A DNA stretch of 64,000 nt from NCBI GenBank assembly GCA_041737595.1, contig JBGSRK010000009.1, forward strand, positions 43,233-107,232. The letters are read 5' to 3'. Shown here one piece after another: positions 9,655 through 20,293 of the stretch; position 1 is the first letter of the stretch; each line of letters starts with the position of its first letter. The translations under genes and the position numbers were made by a program. Under the pieces are notes generated by a model. It made no database searches. It was not told the origin of the DNA and saw only the letters and a program-made list of their open reading frames with translations. Source of the stretch: Patescibacteria group bacterium. Lineage in GTDB: Bacteria; Patescibacteriota; CPR2; UBA1875.

Positions 9655-11431
9655 CATTGCCTGCTTGATGCCCCCAAAGTTTTGCATATAAACCATCTAA
9701 TTTAATCAACTCTTCATGGGTACCATCTTGAACAATTTTCCCCTTATCAAGAACTAGTATTCTATCAAGATGTTTAATAGTTGAAAGCCTATGGGCAATA
9801 ACAAGCGCTGTTTTATCTTTCATAAGTTCCCACAAACCTTCTTGAATATATTTTTCTAATTCAGAATCATGTGAACTTGTAGCTTCGTCTAAAACAAGTA
9901 TTGGGGCTTTTTTTAATAGGGCCCTTGCAATTGCTACTCTTTGTCTTTGCCCCCCACTTAGTTTAATTCAACGTTCTCCTACTAATGTATTATAGCCTTC
10001 AGGTAGTAAATTAATAAATTCATCAGCATGTGCAATTTTTGCAGCTTTTAAAATATCTTTTTTTGATGCATTTTCATCTCCGTATGAAATATTCTCCAAA
10101 AGAGAACGATGGAAAAGTAGTGGTTCTTGCGGAACGTAAGAAATTGCTTCTCTGAGAGAAATTTGGGTAACTTCTTTAATTGGTTGGTTATCAATAGTTA
10201 TTTCCCCCGATTCAGAATCTATAAATCTTAAAATCATCTTTGTTATAGTTGTCTTTCCACCACCACTTGGTCCGACAAGCCCAACTTTTTCTTTTTTCTT
10301 AATATCTAAACTAAAATTGTTTAAAAAACACTCTCCATCTTTTCCATTATCACAATATTTAAAATTAACATCCGAAAAAGAAATATTTCCATCTATAACT
10401 TTTAAATCTTTCGCACAATCAATATCTTTAATTGATGGCGGATCTACAAATAGTTGAGTAAATTCAGCAGCTTCACTTATAGAAGATTCTGTATTACGAT
10501 AAATTTTACTAATATTCCAAAATATTCTCGTAATTTGAGCATAATAAGAGAAAACAACTACAATCGCGCCAGCATTTAAATTAAGGGACTGAGCAAAAAA
10601 TATTGCCGCAAAAAGCCCAATTGCGTTTGTAAAAACATAAAATGGAGAAACAATTGAATCATAACGTAAATTTTGAAAATCTGCAGTTTGTTTGAATTTG
10701 TTAGTAAATTTATCTACATGTTTACCAAAAATTTTATATTCTTGATTTTCTTTTGCAAAAGACTTAACTGCAAGAATATTTGTGAGTGAATCTGATAATC
10801 TCCCAACCATTTTACTGCTTGCATCATGTCTTTCTGTAACTAATTTTACTCTTTTTTTAATGAGAGGAATGGCGATGAAAACCAATATAGACAAACAAAA
10901 TAATAATATAGTTGGTATCCAAGGTGAATATCTCCATAAGACAAAAAAGACAAAAAAGACCGGAAGGATTTCTGAAACAATATTAAAACTCAAAGTATCA
11001 GTCACGGTTTCAAAATTTCTTGAATAGGAAGCAGCCTTTTTTGTAAGTGTTCCAACAAAATTATTCGAATAAAAATCATAATCTCTTTCAGCTAATAATG
11101 AAAAAGATTTTTTTGATAAGTTATTAATCCCTTTAGTTTCAATTTTAATAATAAAATGTATTCCAACCCGCCAAAATATTTCCCCGATTAACCAACCTCC
11201 GGCAAAAAGGAAAATATAACCTAAAGAATCAGAAAGTAAAATTTGCTGTTTTTCATTAAAAATATCAATCAGCTTTGCAATTATTAAAGGTGGGACATAA
11301 AAAACAAAAATATTACCAAAACCAGGTGAAAAAAGAGCTATTAGTGTTTGAAATGGAAAACTACGTAATTGAACCCAATAATCACTAATAACCTGGTTGA
11401 CTGCTTTTTTTGTAATTAACTTTTCTGCCAT
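9635..11431 (-). pseudogene. ABCB-type exporter (TMD+NBD) interrupted by a single in-frame TGA (9968..9970) at the conserved Gly preceding the LSGGQ signature
   Basis: Upstream ORF ends ...GYNTLVGER-TGA. The same frame continues [38 protein letters not shown]...[10 protein letters not shown]...; the canonical sequence is VGERG..LSGGQ. Walker A GPSGGGKTT is present. The standard-code ORF track splits it into 487-aa and 66-aa pieces. Confidence 0.6.
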
Positions 11432-11561
11432 TTTATACCTTTATTTTTTATATAAACTAAATTATAACAACAAACAGGAACGTAGCAAAGATAAACAAAA
11501 AAGATCTACTTTTAGGTTTTGTTAAATATCGAGATATTTTGTAAATAATCTTTTAGTTTAG

Positions 11562-13568
11562 TTATTGTTTCATTAAAGCAAATTGGCTGTTATAAAGAGA
11601 TGCATAAAAGCCTTTTTTTGCTAATAATTCTTTGTGAGTGCCTTGTTCAACAACATCACCATTATTCATAACTAAAATAAGATCTGCGTCGCGTATAGTT
11701 GAAAGACGGTGTGCTATAACAAAACTTGTTTTATTCTTCATTAAATTATCCATAGCTTTTTGAATAAGTACTTCTGTTCTAGTATCAACCGAGCTTGTGG
11801 CTTCATCAAGTATGAGCATGGGTGTTTTAGCAAGCATTGCTCTTGCAATCGTTAAGAGTTGTTTTTCACCTTGAGATATATTATTTGCTTCTTCATTTAA
11901 TTTCATATCATAACCATCAGGCAAAGAACAAACAAAATGATCAACATGAGCTTCTTTAGCTGTTTTAATTATTTCTCTATCAGAAGCATTAGTATTGCCA
12001 TAGGTAATATTATCTCGAATAGTACCATTAAAAAGCCAAGTGTCCTGGAGTACCATCCCAAAAAGTTTTCTAACATCAGAACGTCTCATATCTCTGATAT
12101 CAACACCATCAATTTTTATAGAACCACTATTTATTTCATAGAATCGCATCAAAAGATTTACTAAAGTTGTTTTCCCGGCTCCAGTTGGACCAACTATTGC
12201 AATTCTGTGCCCCGGTTCGATTTTCACAGTAAGATTTTTAATTATTTTTGTATCTGGTTTATAGCCAAATACTACATTATTAAATTCAATTTGACCCTTA
12301 ATATTTGAAATAGTTACCGGTTTTTTTGTTTCTGAAGATTGTTCTTCTTCTGCTAAAAACTCAAAAACCCTTTCAGCTGATGCTGCAGTTGATTGTAAAA
12401 CATTTGCGATATTTGCTGTTTGAGCAATTGGTTGGTTAAACTGTTGAACATATTGAATAAATGCTTGGATATCTCCGATTTGTATTTTGCCATTTATTGC
12501 TTGCCAACCTCCCACAACAGCAACCCCAACATAACCTAAATTTCCAACAAATGTCATCACCGGGAACATTAAACCAGATAAAAACTGTGATTTCCAAGCA
12601 CTATGATATAACTTATCATTTATCTTATTAAACTTATCAACAGATGACTTTTCACCATTAAAAACACGCATTACCATATGACCTGCATACATCTCTTCAA
12701 TATGGCCATTAAGATCGCTAAGTTCTTTTTGTTGTTTTGTAAATTGAACTTGAGATTTTTTCATAATCAACATAATTAGAATAAAACTTAAAGGTAAAAT
12801 TAAAAGAGTAACTAAGGTTAAAAGCCAGCTGATTGAAAGCATCATTACGATAATTCCAATAATCATTACAAAAGAAGTAACAATTTGAGATAAACTTTGA
12901 TTTAAAGTCTGGCTAACAGTATCTACATCATTTGTAACTCGGCTAAGAACTTCCCCATAAGTGATTTTATCGAAATAGCTAAGTGGTAATCGATTAATTT
13001 TTTCAGAAATATCTTTTCGAAACTGATAAGTAACTTTTTGAGTTACTCCCGTCATAATCCAACCCTGTATATAACTAAAAATTGCACTAAAAATATATAA
13101 AGCAAAAAGAAATAGAATAATATTTCTAGTACTCGTAAAATCAAATTTTGGGCGACTAGTTAAATCAAGAGATTTAATTTTATCAAGCTTATCCTGAGGG
13201 ATTTGCTCCAACATTTTAGGAGGCATTTTCTGGATTAAATCAGCTACAGTTGTTCCAGCGGGAAGTTTCGTCCCAGCTGGAATTTTTTCAATAACCTGAT
13301 CATATGCTTTAATATTTATATAATCATCAACTATTTGGTTTGTGACATTCCCTAAAATCTTTGGGCTAACTATTGCAAATATTGTGCTCGCAATCGCAAA
13401 AATAAATACAAACATTATCTTAACCCAGTAAGGCTTAAGATAAACTGCAAGGCTTTTTAGCGTACCCATAAAATCTTTTGCTTTTTCTTGTGCATTACCA
13501 CCTAACATCGGAGGACCAAAATGTCTGCCTGGACGCGCTTGTGAAGTAGTTATTTTTTTTTCTTCCAT
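11562..13568 (-). CDS. Heterodimeric ABC exporter subunit (canonical Walker A/B and H-loop, degenerate signature motif)
   Basis: GPTGAGKTT; ILDEATSSVD; AHRLST. The signature is ISQGEKQ instead of LSGGQ. There is a 6-TM N-terminal domain with a long extracellular loop. Confidence 0.85.
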   Translation of the reverse strand: MEEKKITTSQARPGRHFGPPMLGGNAQEKAKDFMGTLKSLAVYLKPYWVKIMFVFIFAIASTIFAIVSPKILGNVTNQIVDDYINIKAYDQVIEKIPAGTKLPAGTTVADLIQKMPPKMLEQIPQDKLDKIKSLDLTSRPKFDFTSTRNIILFLFALYIFSAIFSYIQGWIMTGVTQKVTYQFRKDISEKINRLPLSYFDKITYGEVLSRVTNDVDTVSQTLNQSLSQIVTSFVMIIGIIVMMLSISWLLTLVTLLILPLSFILIMLIMKKSQVQFTKQQKELSDLNGHIEEMYAGHMVMRVFNGEKSSVDKFNKINDKLYHSAWKSQFLSGLMFPVMTFVGNLGYVGVAVVGGWQAINGKIQIGDIQAFIQYVQQFNQPIAQTANIANVLQSTAASAERVFEFLAEEEQSSETKKPVTISNIKGQIEFNNVVFGYKPDTKIIKNLTVKIEPGHRIAIVGPTGAGKTTLVNLLMRFYEINSGSIKIDGVDIRDMRRSDVRKLFGMVLQDTWLFNGTIRDNITYGNTNASDREIIKTAKEAHVDHFVCSLPDGYDMKLNEEANNISQGEKQLLTIARAMLAKTPMLILDEATSSVDTRTEVLIQKAMDNLMKNKTSFVIAHRLSTIRDADLILVMNNGDVVEQGTHKELLAKKGFYASLYNSQFALMKQ

Positions 13569-15343
13569 TATTTAACTCCCTCACTAATAACTTTAGTTGG
13601 ATCTATTTCAATAGATTTCAATTCTTCATCAGAGAGTTGTGAATAAGCAATTTCTTTATAAACTTTATTATTTTTAAGAAGTTCTTTATGTTTACCTTGA
13701 CCGACAATTTTACCTTCATCTAAAACAATTATTTTATCTGCATTTGAAATTGTACTAATTCTTTGGCCAACAATAAGAACCGTTTTATTTTTAATTTCCT
13801 CTGAAAGAGCTTCTCTTAGTAGGGAATCAGTTTTAAAATCAAGCGCTGAAAATGAATCATCAAATATATATATCTTTGGATCAACTGTAAGTGCTCTTGC
13901 AATTGATAACCTTTGCTTTTGTCCTCCTGAAACATTTGAACCACCTTGTGAAATTTTATTATCGTATTTATTTCCTAAGTTATTCACAAAATCACTTGCT
14001 TGTGCAATTTCTACAGATTTTTCTATTTTTGAATCTTTAGCATTTTTATTCCCATATTTAATATTACTTTTAATGGTTCCCGAAAAAAGTACACCCTTTT
14101 GTGGAACATAACCAATTTGTTTATATAAATCTTCTAGATTCATATCTCGAATATCCACACCATCAATTAATATCTGGCCAGATGAAACATCATAAAATCT
14201 TGGGATTAGATTTATAAGAGTTGATTTTCCGCTACCAGTACTACCTATAAATGCAGTTGTTTGGCCTATCTCAGCAGTAAAATTAATCCCCATAATAACT
14301 GGTAAATCCGCGCCAGGATAACTAAATGTAACATCTTTAAATTCGATTCGTCCCTTACTTTTTTTATCTATCTTAATAGGTTTTTTAGGATTTTTTATTG
14401 TCGATTCTGTTTCAATTACTTCTGATATTCTGTTTGCAGAAACTGAGGCACGTGGGATCATAATAAACACAATTGATATCATTAAAAATGACATAATCAC
14501 TTGTATTGCATATTGCATGAAAGCAAGCATATTACCTATTTCTAAATTACCGGCATCAATTAAATGAGCTCCAAACCAAACAATAGCAACTATTGCAAGA
14601 TTCATAATAAGCATCATGGCTGGCTGTAAAATAACCATTAATCTATTAACAAATAAATTTAAATTTGTTAGATCTACATTTGCTTTTTCAAATTTTTCTT
14701 CTTCTTTAGCTTCATTATTAAATGCACGAACCACTCTTAGCCCAGTCAAATTTTCTCGAGTTACTAAGTTTAATCTATCAACCATTTTTTGAAGAAGCTT
14801 AAATTTAGGGATACCAATTGAAAAAAGAACAATAATCATTACCATTAATGATGTTGCGGCAACAGCAATAATCCAGCTCATTGATGGGGCCATATTAATA
14901 GCTTTTTGTAGTGCGCCTACAGCCATAAATGGTGCCATTAATACCATCCTAAATATCATGATCATAGCCATTTGAATCTGTTGAACATCATTTGTAGAGC
15001 GTGTTATTAAAGATGCAGTTGAAAATTTATTAAATTCATTTATAGAAAAACCCTCTACTTTTGTAAAAACCTTTTTTCTGATATCACGAGAAGCACCTGT
15101 TGCAATCTTTGAGGCAAGATAACCTACAATGACAGCACAAATACCTCCACCTAAAGTCACAAGTAGCATTAACCCACCATTTTGATAAATTGCATTTATA
15201 TCTTTTAAGAGGATGCCTTTATTAATAATATTTGCGATATAGTCCGGAAGTTTAAGATTTGCCATTACTTGGAGGTAAGTAAAAAAAACTAAAACTACCA
15301 TTAGCCATGTGTAGGGTTTAAAGAATTTTAGTAATTTTTTCAT
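13568..15343 (-). CDS. Heterodimeric ABC exporter subunit (canonical signature, degenerate Walker B and H-loop)
   Basis: GSTGSGKST; VSGGQKQRLSIARAL. Walker B is IYIFDDSFSALD (catalytic E to D) and the H-loop is VGQRIST (H to Q). It overlaps its neighbours at start and stop (ATGA). Confidence 0.85.
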   Translation of the reverse strand: MKKLLKFFKPYTWLMVVLVFFTYLQVMANLKLPDYIANIINKGILLKDINAIYQNGGLMLLVTLGGGICAVIVGYLASKIATGASRDIRKKVFTKVEGFSINEFNKFSTASLITRSTNDVQQIQMAMIMIFRMVLMAPFMAVGALQKAINMAPSMSWIIAVAATSLMVMIIVLFSIGIPKFKLLQKMVDRLNLVTRENLTGLRVVRAFNNEAKEEEKFEKANVDLTNLNLFVNRLMVILQPAMMLIMNLAIVAIVWFGAHLIDAGNLEIGNMLAFMQYAIQVIMSFLMISIVFIMIPRASVSANRISEVIETESTIKNPKKPIKIDKKSKGRIEFKDVTFSYPGADLPVIMGINFTAEIGQTTAFIGSTGSGKSTLINLIPRFYDVSSGQILIDGVDIRDMNLEDLYKQIGYVPQKGVLFSGTIKSNIKYGNKNAKDSKIEKSVEIAQASDFVNNLGNKYDNKISQGGSNVSGGQKQRLSIARALTVDPKIYIFDDSFSALDFKTDSLLREALSEEIKNKTVLIVGQRISTISNADKIIVLDEGKIVGQGKHKELLKNNKVYKEIAYSQLSDEELKSIEIDPTKVISEGVK

Positions 15344-15783
15344 CTATTATTTTCTTTAATTTTCTTAAGTAGTTTTGTTGTAATAATATTAAGCTGTTTA
15401 ATTTCAGTTTCCGATAAAATTTCAAAAAAAGTAAAAATTTTATCAAAAGCTTTTTTTCTCGTGTTTTCTAAATATTTAACACCTTTATTTGAAGGTTTTA
15501 TTCTAAAAATCCTTCTGTCAATATCATCAACTTCTCTTATAACAAACTTATTTTTGATTAAACCATCAATTAACTGTGTTGCGGCACTTTTTGTAACCCC
15601 AAGCATATTAGCAATTTCAGTAACATTCATTTCTTTTTTATTTTTCAGCATAAATAAAACCATTGCCTGAGTAACAGTCATGCCGAAATTATTATTCATA
15701 CACTGTTTTTCAAAAGCAATCATTCTTTTTATAGCATGAAAGTTTTTAAATATTTTTTCGATTTGTATATTTCTTTTATTCAA
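15340..15783 (-). CDS. MarR-family transcriptional regulator
   Basis: Winged-HTH region MTVTQAMVLFMLKNKKEMNVTEIANMLGVTKSAATQLIDGLIKNKFV. It is the first gene of the exporter operon. Confidence 0.8.
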   Translation of the reverse strand: MNKRNIQIEKIFKNFHAIKRMIAFEKQCMNNNFGMTVTQAMVLFMLKNKKEMNVTEIANMLGVTKSAATQLIDGLIKNKFVIREVDDIDRRIFRIKPSNKGVKYLENTRKKAFDKIFTFFEILSETEIKQLNIITTKLLKKIKENNR

Positions 15784-15875
15784 ATTCTACCTTAGTTAAG
15801 TACCTAAATAGTTTAGTATCTTAACCTTTATTTGTCAATAATAAATTTTAGGTTAGTTTTAACCTTTACCTAAAT
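15784..15875 (-). promoter_or_regulatory. Promoter/operator region of the marR-ABC operon with inverted repeats (AGGTTAGTTTTAACCT; TTAACCTTTA x2)
   Basis: AT-rich intergenic region with a 6-4-6 inverted repeat typical of MarR operators. Confidence 0.3.
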
Positions 15876-16688
15876 TTATTTAGATAAAAGTGATTTCATC
15901 TGTTTTGCTATAAGATTTGTTGCAAAAACAGGGTTCAGGCGATAAAGCATATTCATAAATTTCGAATCTTTACCGGTAAATATTTGAAATTTATTTTTTT
16001 CTATACCATCTAAAATTATTTTTGCTGCCTCACTGGCAGGGAGCATTGGAATATTTTGTTCTTTTGAATTTGTTTTTGGTGTTTCTGGCATTCCAACCCC
16101 TGAATTTTTTGAAATATTAGTTTCAGTTGCACCCGGGAAAACGACTGAAACTCGAACATTTGTATCTTTTAGCTCTGCATATAACCCTTCAGTCAAAAGT
16201 TTTACGGCAGCTTTTGATGCTCCATAGACACTCTGCCCAGGAACTGGGAGGAAGCCACCCATACTAGAAATATTAACTATATGAGCCTCTGGTCTTTTTA
16301 ATAGTTTTGGCAAAAATGCTTTTACCATATATAGTGTGCCATAAAAATTAACATTCATTACTCTTTCAATCGCTTCAAAATCAAGATCGTTAACTTTTAA
16401 AAATGGCTGAATAATCCCTGCACAGTTAACTATTCCATCTATACTACCTTGTTTTTTTATAACATCTTCTGGTAAATCAAAAACGGCCTTTTTATCTGAA
16501 ATGTTTATAACATGAATTGAAATATCTTTAGCCTTTTCGCCTGCTAATTTTTTTAATTCTATTAAAGATTCTTCTCGAAGATCAACCGCAGCTACTTTTG
16601 CTCCTTTTGATATCAAAGCTAATGTTATCTCTCTTCCGATACCACTTCCAGCACCTGTTACAAGAATTGTTTTATTTTGTATATTCAT
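15876..16688 (-). CDS. SDR-family oxidoreductase
   Basis: TGAGSGIGREI (TGxxxGxG), NAG, and YGASKAAV (YxxxK). Confidence 0.85.
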   Translation of the reverse strand: MNIQNKTILVTGAGSGIGREITLALISKGAKVAAVDLREESLIELKKLAGEKAKDISIHVINISDKKAVFDLPEDVIKKQGSIDGIVNCAGIIQPFLKVNDLDFEAIERVMNVNFYGTLYMVKAFLPKLLKRPEAHIVNISSMGGFLPVPGQSVYGASKAAVKLLTEGLYAELKDTNVRVSVVFPGATETNISKNSGVGMPETPKTNSKEQNIPMLPASEAAKIILDGIEKNKFQIFTGKDSKFMNMLYRLNPVFATNLIAKQMKSLLSK

Positions 16689-16791
16689 AAGATTAGTTTA
16701 TCATTTTACTCAATTAATATAAATAAGCTAAACATAGACAGTTAATTTATTATCCTCTATTTAAAAATAGTAATAAAATCACAAAATATAC

Positions 16792-17832
16792 TTAATATTC
16801 TAAATAAATCTTTTTTTGAGAAGTAAGAACGCGAGCTTTTTTACCAAGTGGGAGTGAAATTTGAGGGTCTGTGTGACCAAAATCAAGATTTTGAACAATC
16901 GGTATACTTTTATTATATTCTCTTACTACTCTTATTATTGTTTCTCTTTGTTCTTTTCGATAATTAGCTTTTTCGACCGTGCTAAGTTTTTTCCCAAAAT
17001 CCCACGCCTTAGGACGACCAATTAAAATTGCCTTAAATTTTTCTAAAAATCCCCGTTCTCCAAAACCGGTAAGAAGATACTCTATAACCCAATGTTCTGG
17101 GATGTCTTCTGCAGTTTCAAGAACAAGAATAGTTCCATCTAAATCATTATCATTTGGTAAATATTTGTTTGTTGTAGTTTGGACAATAAGACTCTCGACA
17201 CATCCGCCCCACAAAATACCTTCTGCGTTTAAGTTCCCGTCCCAATAAAGACCATCATTTTTTTCAATTTCCCTAGTCTTTAAAAGATTTCCCCTATCTG
17301 ACCAGTCAAGCCCAATATCGTTATAATTATCAGAAACCGTAAGCTCATATTCACCAACATCAAAAAGTGCATGCTTTAAGAAATTGATAGTTTCACGGTC
17401 CATTTCTCCTTGCATCGCGAACTGAGTCATAATTGCACCACCATAATAGGTAGGGATGCCAAGATTCCATAAATAATTATGAAGATGAGTGTTATCGCTA
17501 AAACCAAAAAATGGTTTTTTATTTGCTATTAATATTTTTGGATCAAGATATTTTAATAATTTAATTTGGTCATTACCTCCAATTGATGTAAAAACTGCTT
17601 TATTATTTGGGTCAGAAAAAGCATCCATAATATCACGCGCCCTATCTTTTAAAGAAGACCCCATTAATCTAGTGGTTGGATATTCTTTCGGCACAAGACC
17701 AAAAACATCTCTTAATCTTTCTAGCCCAAGGTCAAAAACCCATGGGAAAATTCCAGGTAGTCCAGCAGACGGAGATATAACAGCAACTTGGTCACCCTTT
17801 TTTAGTTTTGGTAATGTAATAAATCTTTTCAT
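16792..17832 (-). CDS. LD-carboxypeptidase (peptidase S66, MccF-like)
   Basis: KKGDQVAVISPSAG...GFSDNTHLH (Ser nucleophile)... Confidence 0.7.
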   Translation of the reverse strand: MKRFITLPKLKKGDQVAVISPSAGLPGIFPWVFDLGLERLRDVFGLVPKEYPTTRLMGSSLKDRARDIMDAFSDPNNKAVFTSIGGNDQIKLLKYLDPKILIANKKPFFGFSDNTHLHNYLWNLGIPTYYGGAIMTQFAMQGEMDRETINFLKHALFDVGEYELTVSDNYNDIGLDWSDRGNLLKTREIEKNDGLYWDGNLNAEGILWGGCVESLIVQTTTNKYLPNDNDLDGTILVLETAEDIPEHWVIEYLLTGFGERGFLEKFKAILIGRPKAWDFGKKLSTVEKANYRKEQRETIIRVVREYNKSIPIVQNLDFGHTDPQISLPLGKKARVLTSQKKIYLEY

Positions 17833-17857
17833 ATTAAAATTTTATCATAAAAGATAA

Positions 17858-18032
17858 TTAATCTTCATCTTCATTCTCAATATCTTCTTCAAAGTTATTT
17901 CCATCCTCTTCGGGCAAATAATCTGGATCTAAACTTTTGTTTTTTTTAGAAATTTTTTCTGCTTCTTCTGCATCTTTTAGCCTGCTTCTAAATTCGCCAT
18001 AACTATCAACCCCTGGTAAAAATTCCCGGCTC
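17858..18032 (-). CDS. Small acidic protein (58 aa), hypothetical
   Basis: ATG 18032..18030 preceded by AAGGAGG at 8-nt spacing. Sequence is MSREFLPGVDSYGEFRSRLKDAEEAEKISKKNKSLDPDYLPEEDGNNFEEDIENEDED. Confidence 0.5.
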
Positions 18033-18047
18033 ATAATAAATGCCTCC

Positions 18048-18785
18048 TTATTTAACTTTATGGTTTTTAGAATTATGTTGGTCAAGTTTTTCGTAGAGAG
18101 GAACAATCTTAAGTGCAAGAATAAACGCAAATATCAATGCAAACCCACACATAATTGATGCGACACCAATTCTTGAATTCACTATAAATAAATAAACAAG
18201 AGTTAAGGGAACGATAAATGAAAGATATCCAACAATGAACCAAAATAGAATCTTTCTTAAAATTTTATTTGTACCATCTTCCTTTAAGCGTTGGAATGAT
18301 TCCCACATTGCAAAAAGTAAAAATCCAAAATAATAAAAGCCGTAAAATTTAAATAAAGTTTCCGGTCCATTAAATATTACATAATTTCCTCCGCAAGCCG
18401 CACCATCAATTGCTTTTGGAACAAAAATAAAATAAAGGCCAAATCCTATAGAAAGAATATACCCTAAATATAAAAGCCAGGTTTTTTTATTTATTAAAGA
18501 AATAAGATATAAACCTAATATTGGTAATATAGTGATAGAAAAAAGGCCTACCTTTGACCATAAAAGAGGGTTAGAGCCCGAACAAATTTGAAATTCAGAA
18601 ATTTGGAAAAAGGCTAAAAAAATTAAGGTATAAATCGCCCCACGGCCGAATTTAGTAGATCTGGCTTTTAAAAAAGTCCATGCTGCAAGAATTATTTCTG
18701 CCGAAAAAGTAAAAAACATTACTTCTGGGGTAAAACAATATAGTTTCAAATAATTATTTTTTTTGTTTTTAATATTTCTTAACAT
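18048..18785 (-). CDS. Multi-pass membrane protein, hypothetical
   Basis: About 7 hydrophobic helices. It is co-directional and tightly spaced after aspS. Confidence 0.45.
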   Translation of the reverse strand: MLRNIKNKKNNYLKLYCFTPEVMFFTFSAEIILAAWTFLKARSTKFGRGAIYTLIFLAFFQISEFQICSGSNPLLWSKVGLFSITILPILGLYLISLINKKTWLLYLGYILSIGFGLYFIFVPKAIDGAACGGNYVIFNGPETLFKFYGFYYFGFLLFAMWESFQRLKEDGTNKILRKILFWFIVGYLSFIVPLTLVYLFIVNSRIGVASIMCGFALIFAFILALKIVPLYEKLDQHNSKNHKVK

Positions 18786-18791
18786 TTATAA

Positions 18792-20189
18792 TTATTTATT
18801 TTTGTCTTTTGTTAATTTCACACCAGCTTCCTTTAAAAGAACATCGGGTAGTGAGGTTGGTGCTCCCGTCATAGGGTCTTTAGCATCTCCTGTTTTAGGG
18901 AATGCAATTACTTCTCGTATATTTGGCTCTTCCAAAAGAATTGAAAGTATTCTATCAATACCTAGAGCGATCCCGCCATGTGGGGGTGGAGAAAATTTAA
19001 ATGCTTTAAGCAAGTGCCCGAATCGTTCTGACATTTCATTTTTAGGGACTCCCAAAACTTCGAATATCTTTTTTTGTAATTCTTCCTCATGGATTCTAAT
19101 GCTTCCGCCGCCAATTTCAAATCCGTTTAAAACAAGGTCATAAGCTGATGCCCTAACCTTAGCTGGTTCTTTTTCTAAAAGTTTCATATCACTATCTTTG
19201 GGTCTAGTAAATGGGTGATGAGATGAAGTTAAACCATTTGAATTTTCTGTTTTTTCGAAAAGTGGAAAATCGACGACCCATGCAAATGCTAGTTCATTTT
19301 GGTCCTTTTTGTTCTTTCTAAGATCGGGCTTATCAGTTTTGTATTTTTTTATCGATTCTGAATAGTCAATCCTTGGAAATGGTTTTCCCGTAATTTTCTT
19401 TTCAGGGAAAAGCTTTGTTACAAGTTCAATAATCATCTGCTCTGTTAAAGATAAAACATCTTCTTCTTCAACAAATGACATTTCAATATCAAGTTGTGTA
19501 AATTCAGGTTGACGGTCACCCCTTTGATCTTCATCTCTAAAACAACGCGCTATCTGGAAATACTTTTCAAAACCAGCCACCATTAAAAGTTGTTTATATT
19601 GTTGAGGGGATTGGGGTAAAACAAAGAATGAACCTTTACTTAAACGAGAAGGAACAATAAATTCTCTGGCCCCCTCCGGTGTCCCCTTGGTTAAAATAGG
19701 TGTCTCTATTTCTAAAAAAGATTTTTCAGAAAGATAATTTCTTAAAAAAAGATTAAATTCATGACGTGTCTTAATATTTCGAGCCATTCTAGGTGTTCTA
19801 AGATCTAAATAACGATATTTAAATCGAGTTTCTTCATTCACATTACTTGTTGATTTATTAATTTCAAAAGGCGGGACCTCACAACTAGAAACTAGAGAGA
19901 TGGATTCTGAAGCTAATTCTAAGTTGCCATTTTTTAGTTCTGGATTCACAAGTTTATCTGGTCTTTTTTTAACTTTACCTGTAATTGAAACTAAAAATTC
20001 TTCTCTGAAACTTTTTACCTGCTCTAAAAGATCTTTATTAAAAATAACAACCTGCACTACCCCAGATGTGTCGCGAACATCCCAAAAAACAACTTTGCCG
20101 TGATCCCGAGAATTTTCAATCCATCCAGTGATAGTCACTTCTTGATCTATTTTATCTGAAATTTTTTCAATCATTTCTCTCTTAGCCAT
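18792..20189 (-). CDS. aspS: Aspartyl-tRNA synthetase, short form lacking the GAD insertion (archaeal/non-discriminating type)
   Basis: N-terminal OB fold; FRDEDQRGDRQPEFTQLDIEMSF (motif 2 region); GGGSIRIH (motif 3). Length is 465 aa. Confidence 0.9.
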   Translation of the reverse strand: MAKREMIEKISDKIDQEVTITGWIENSRDHGKVVFWDVRDTSGVVQVVIFNKDLLEQVKSFREEFLVSITGKVKKRPDKLVNPELKNGNLELASESISLVSSCEVPPFEINKSTSNVNEETRFKYRYLDLRTPRMARNIKTRHEFNLFLRNYLSEKSFLEIETPILTKGTPEGAREFIVPSRLSKGSFFVLPQSPQQYKQLLMVAGFEKYFQIARCFRDEDQRGDRQPEFTQLDIEMSFVEEEDVLSLTEQMIIELVTKLFPEKKITGKPFPRIDYSESIKKYKTDKPDLRKNKKDQNELAFAWVVDFPLFEKTENSNGLTSSHHPFTRPKDSDMKLLEKEPAKVRASAYDLVLNGFEIGGGSIRIHEEELQKKIFEVLGVPKNEMSERFGHLLKAFKFSPPPHGGIALGIDRILSILLEEPNIREVIAFPKTGDAKDPMTGAPTSLPDVLLKEAGVKLTKDKNK

Positions 20190-20293
20190 TTTTTACCTAA
20201 CTTTTTTATTTATTATTAAAATAACGTAATTTAACCCTCATTATAATACTAAAAGCTTGGGCTTCCAAGTGTTACTAACTTTTTAAATAGATT

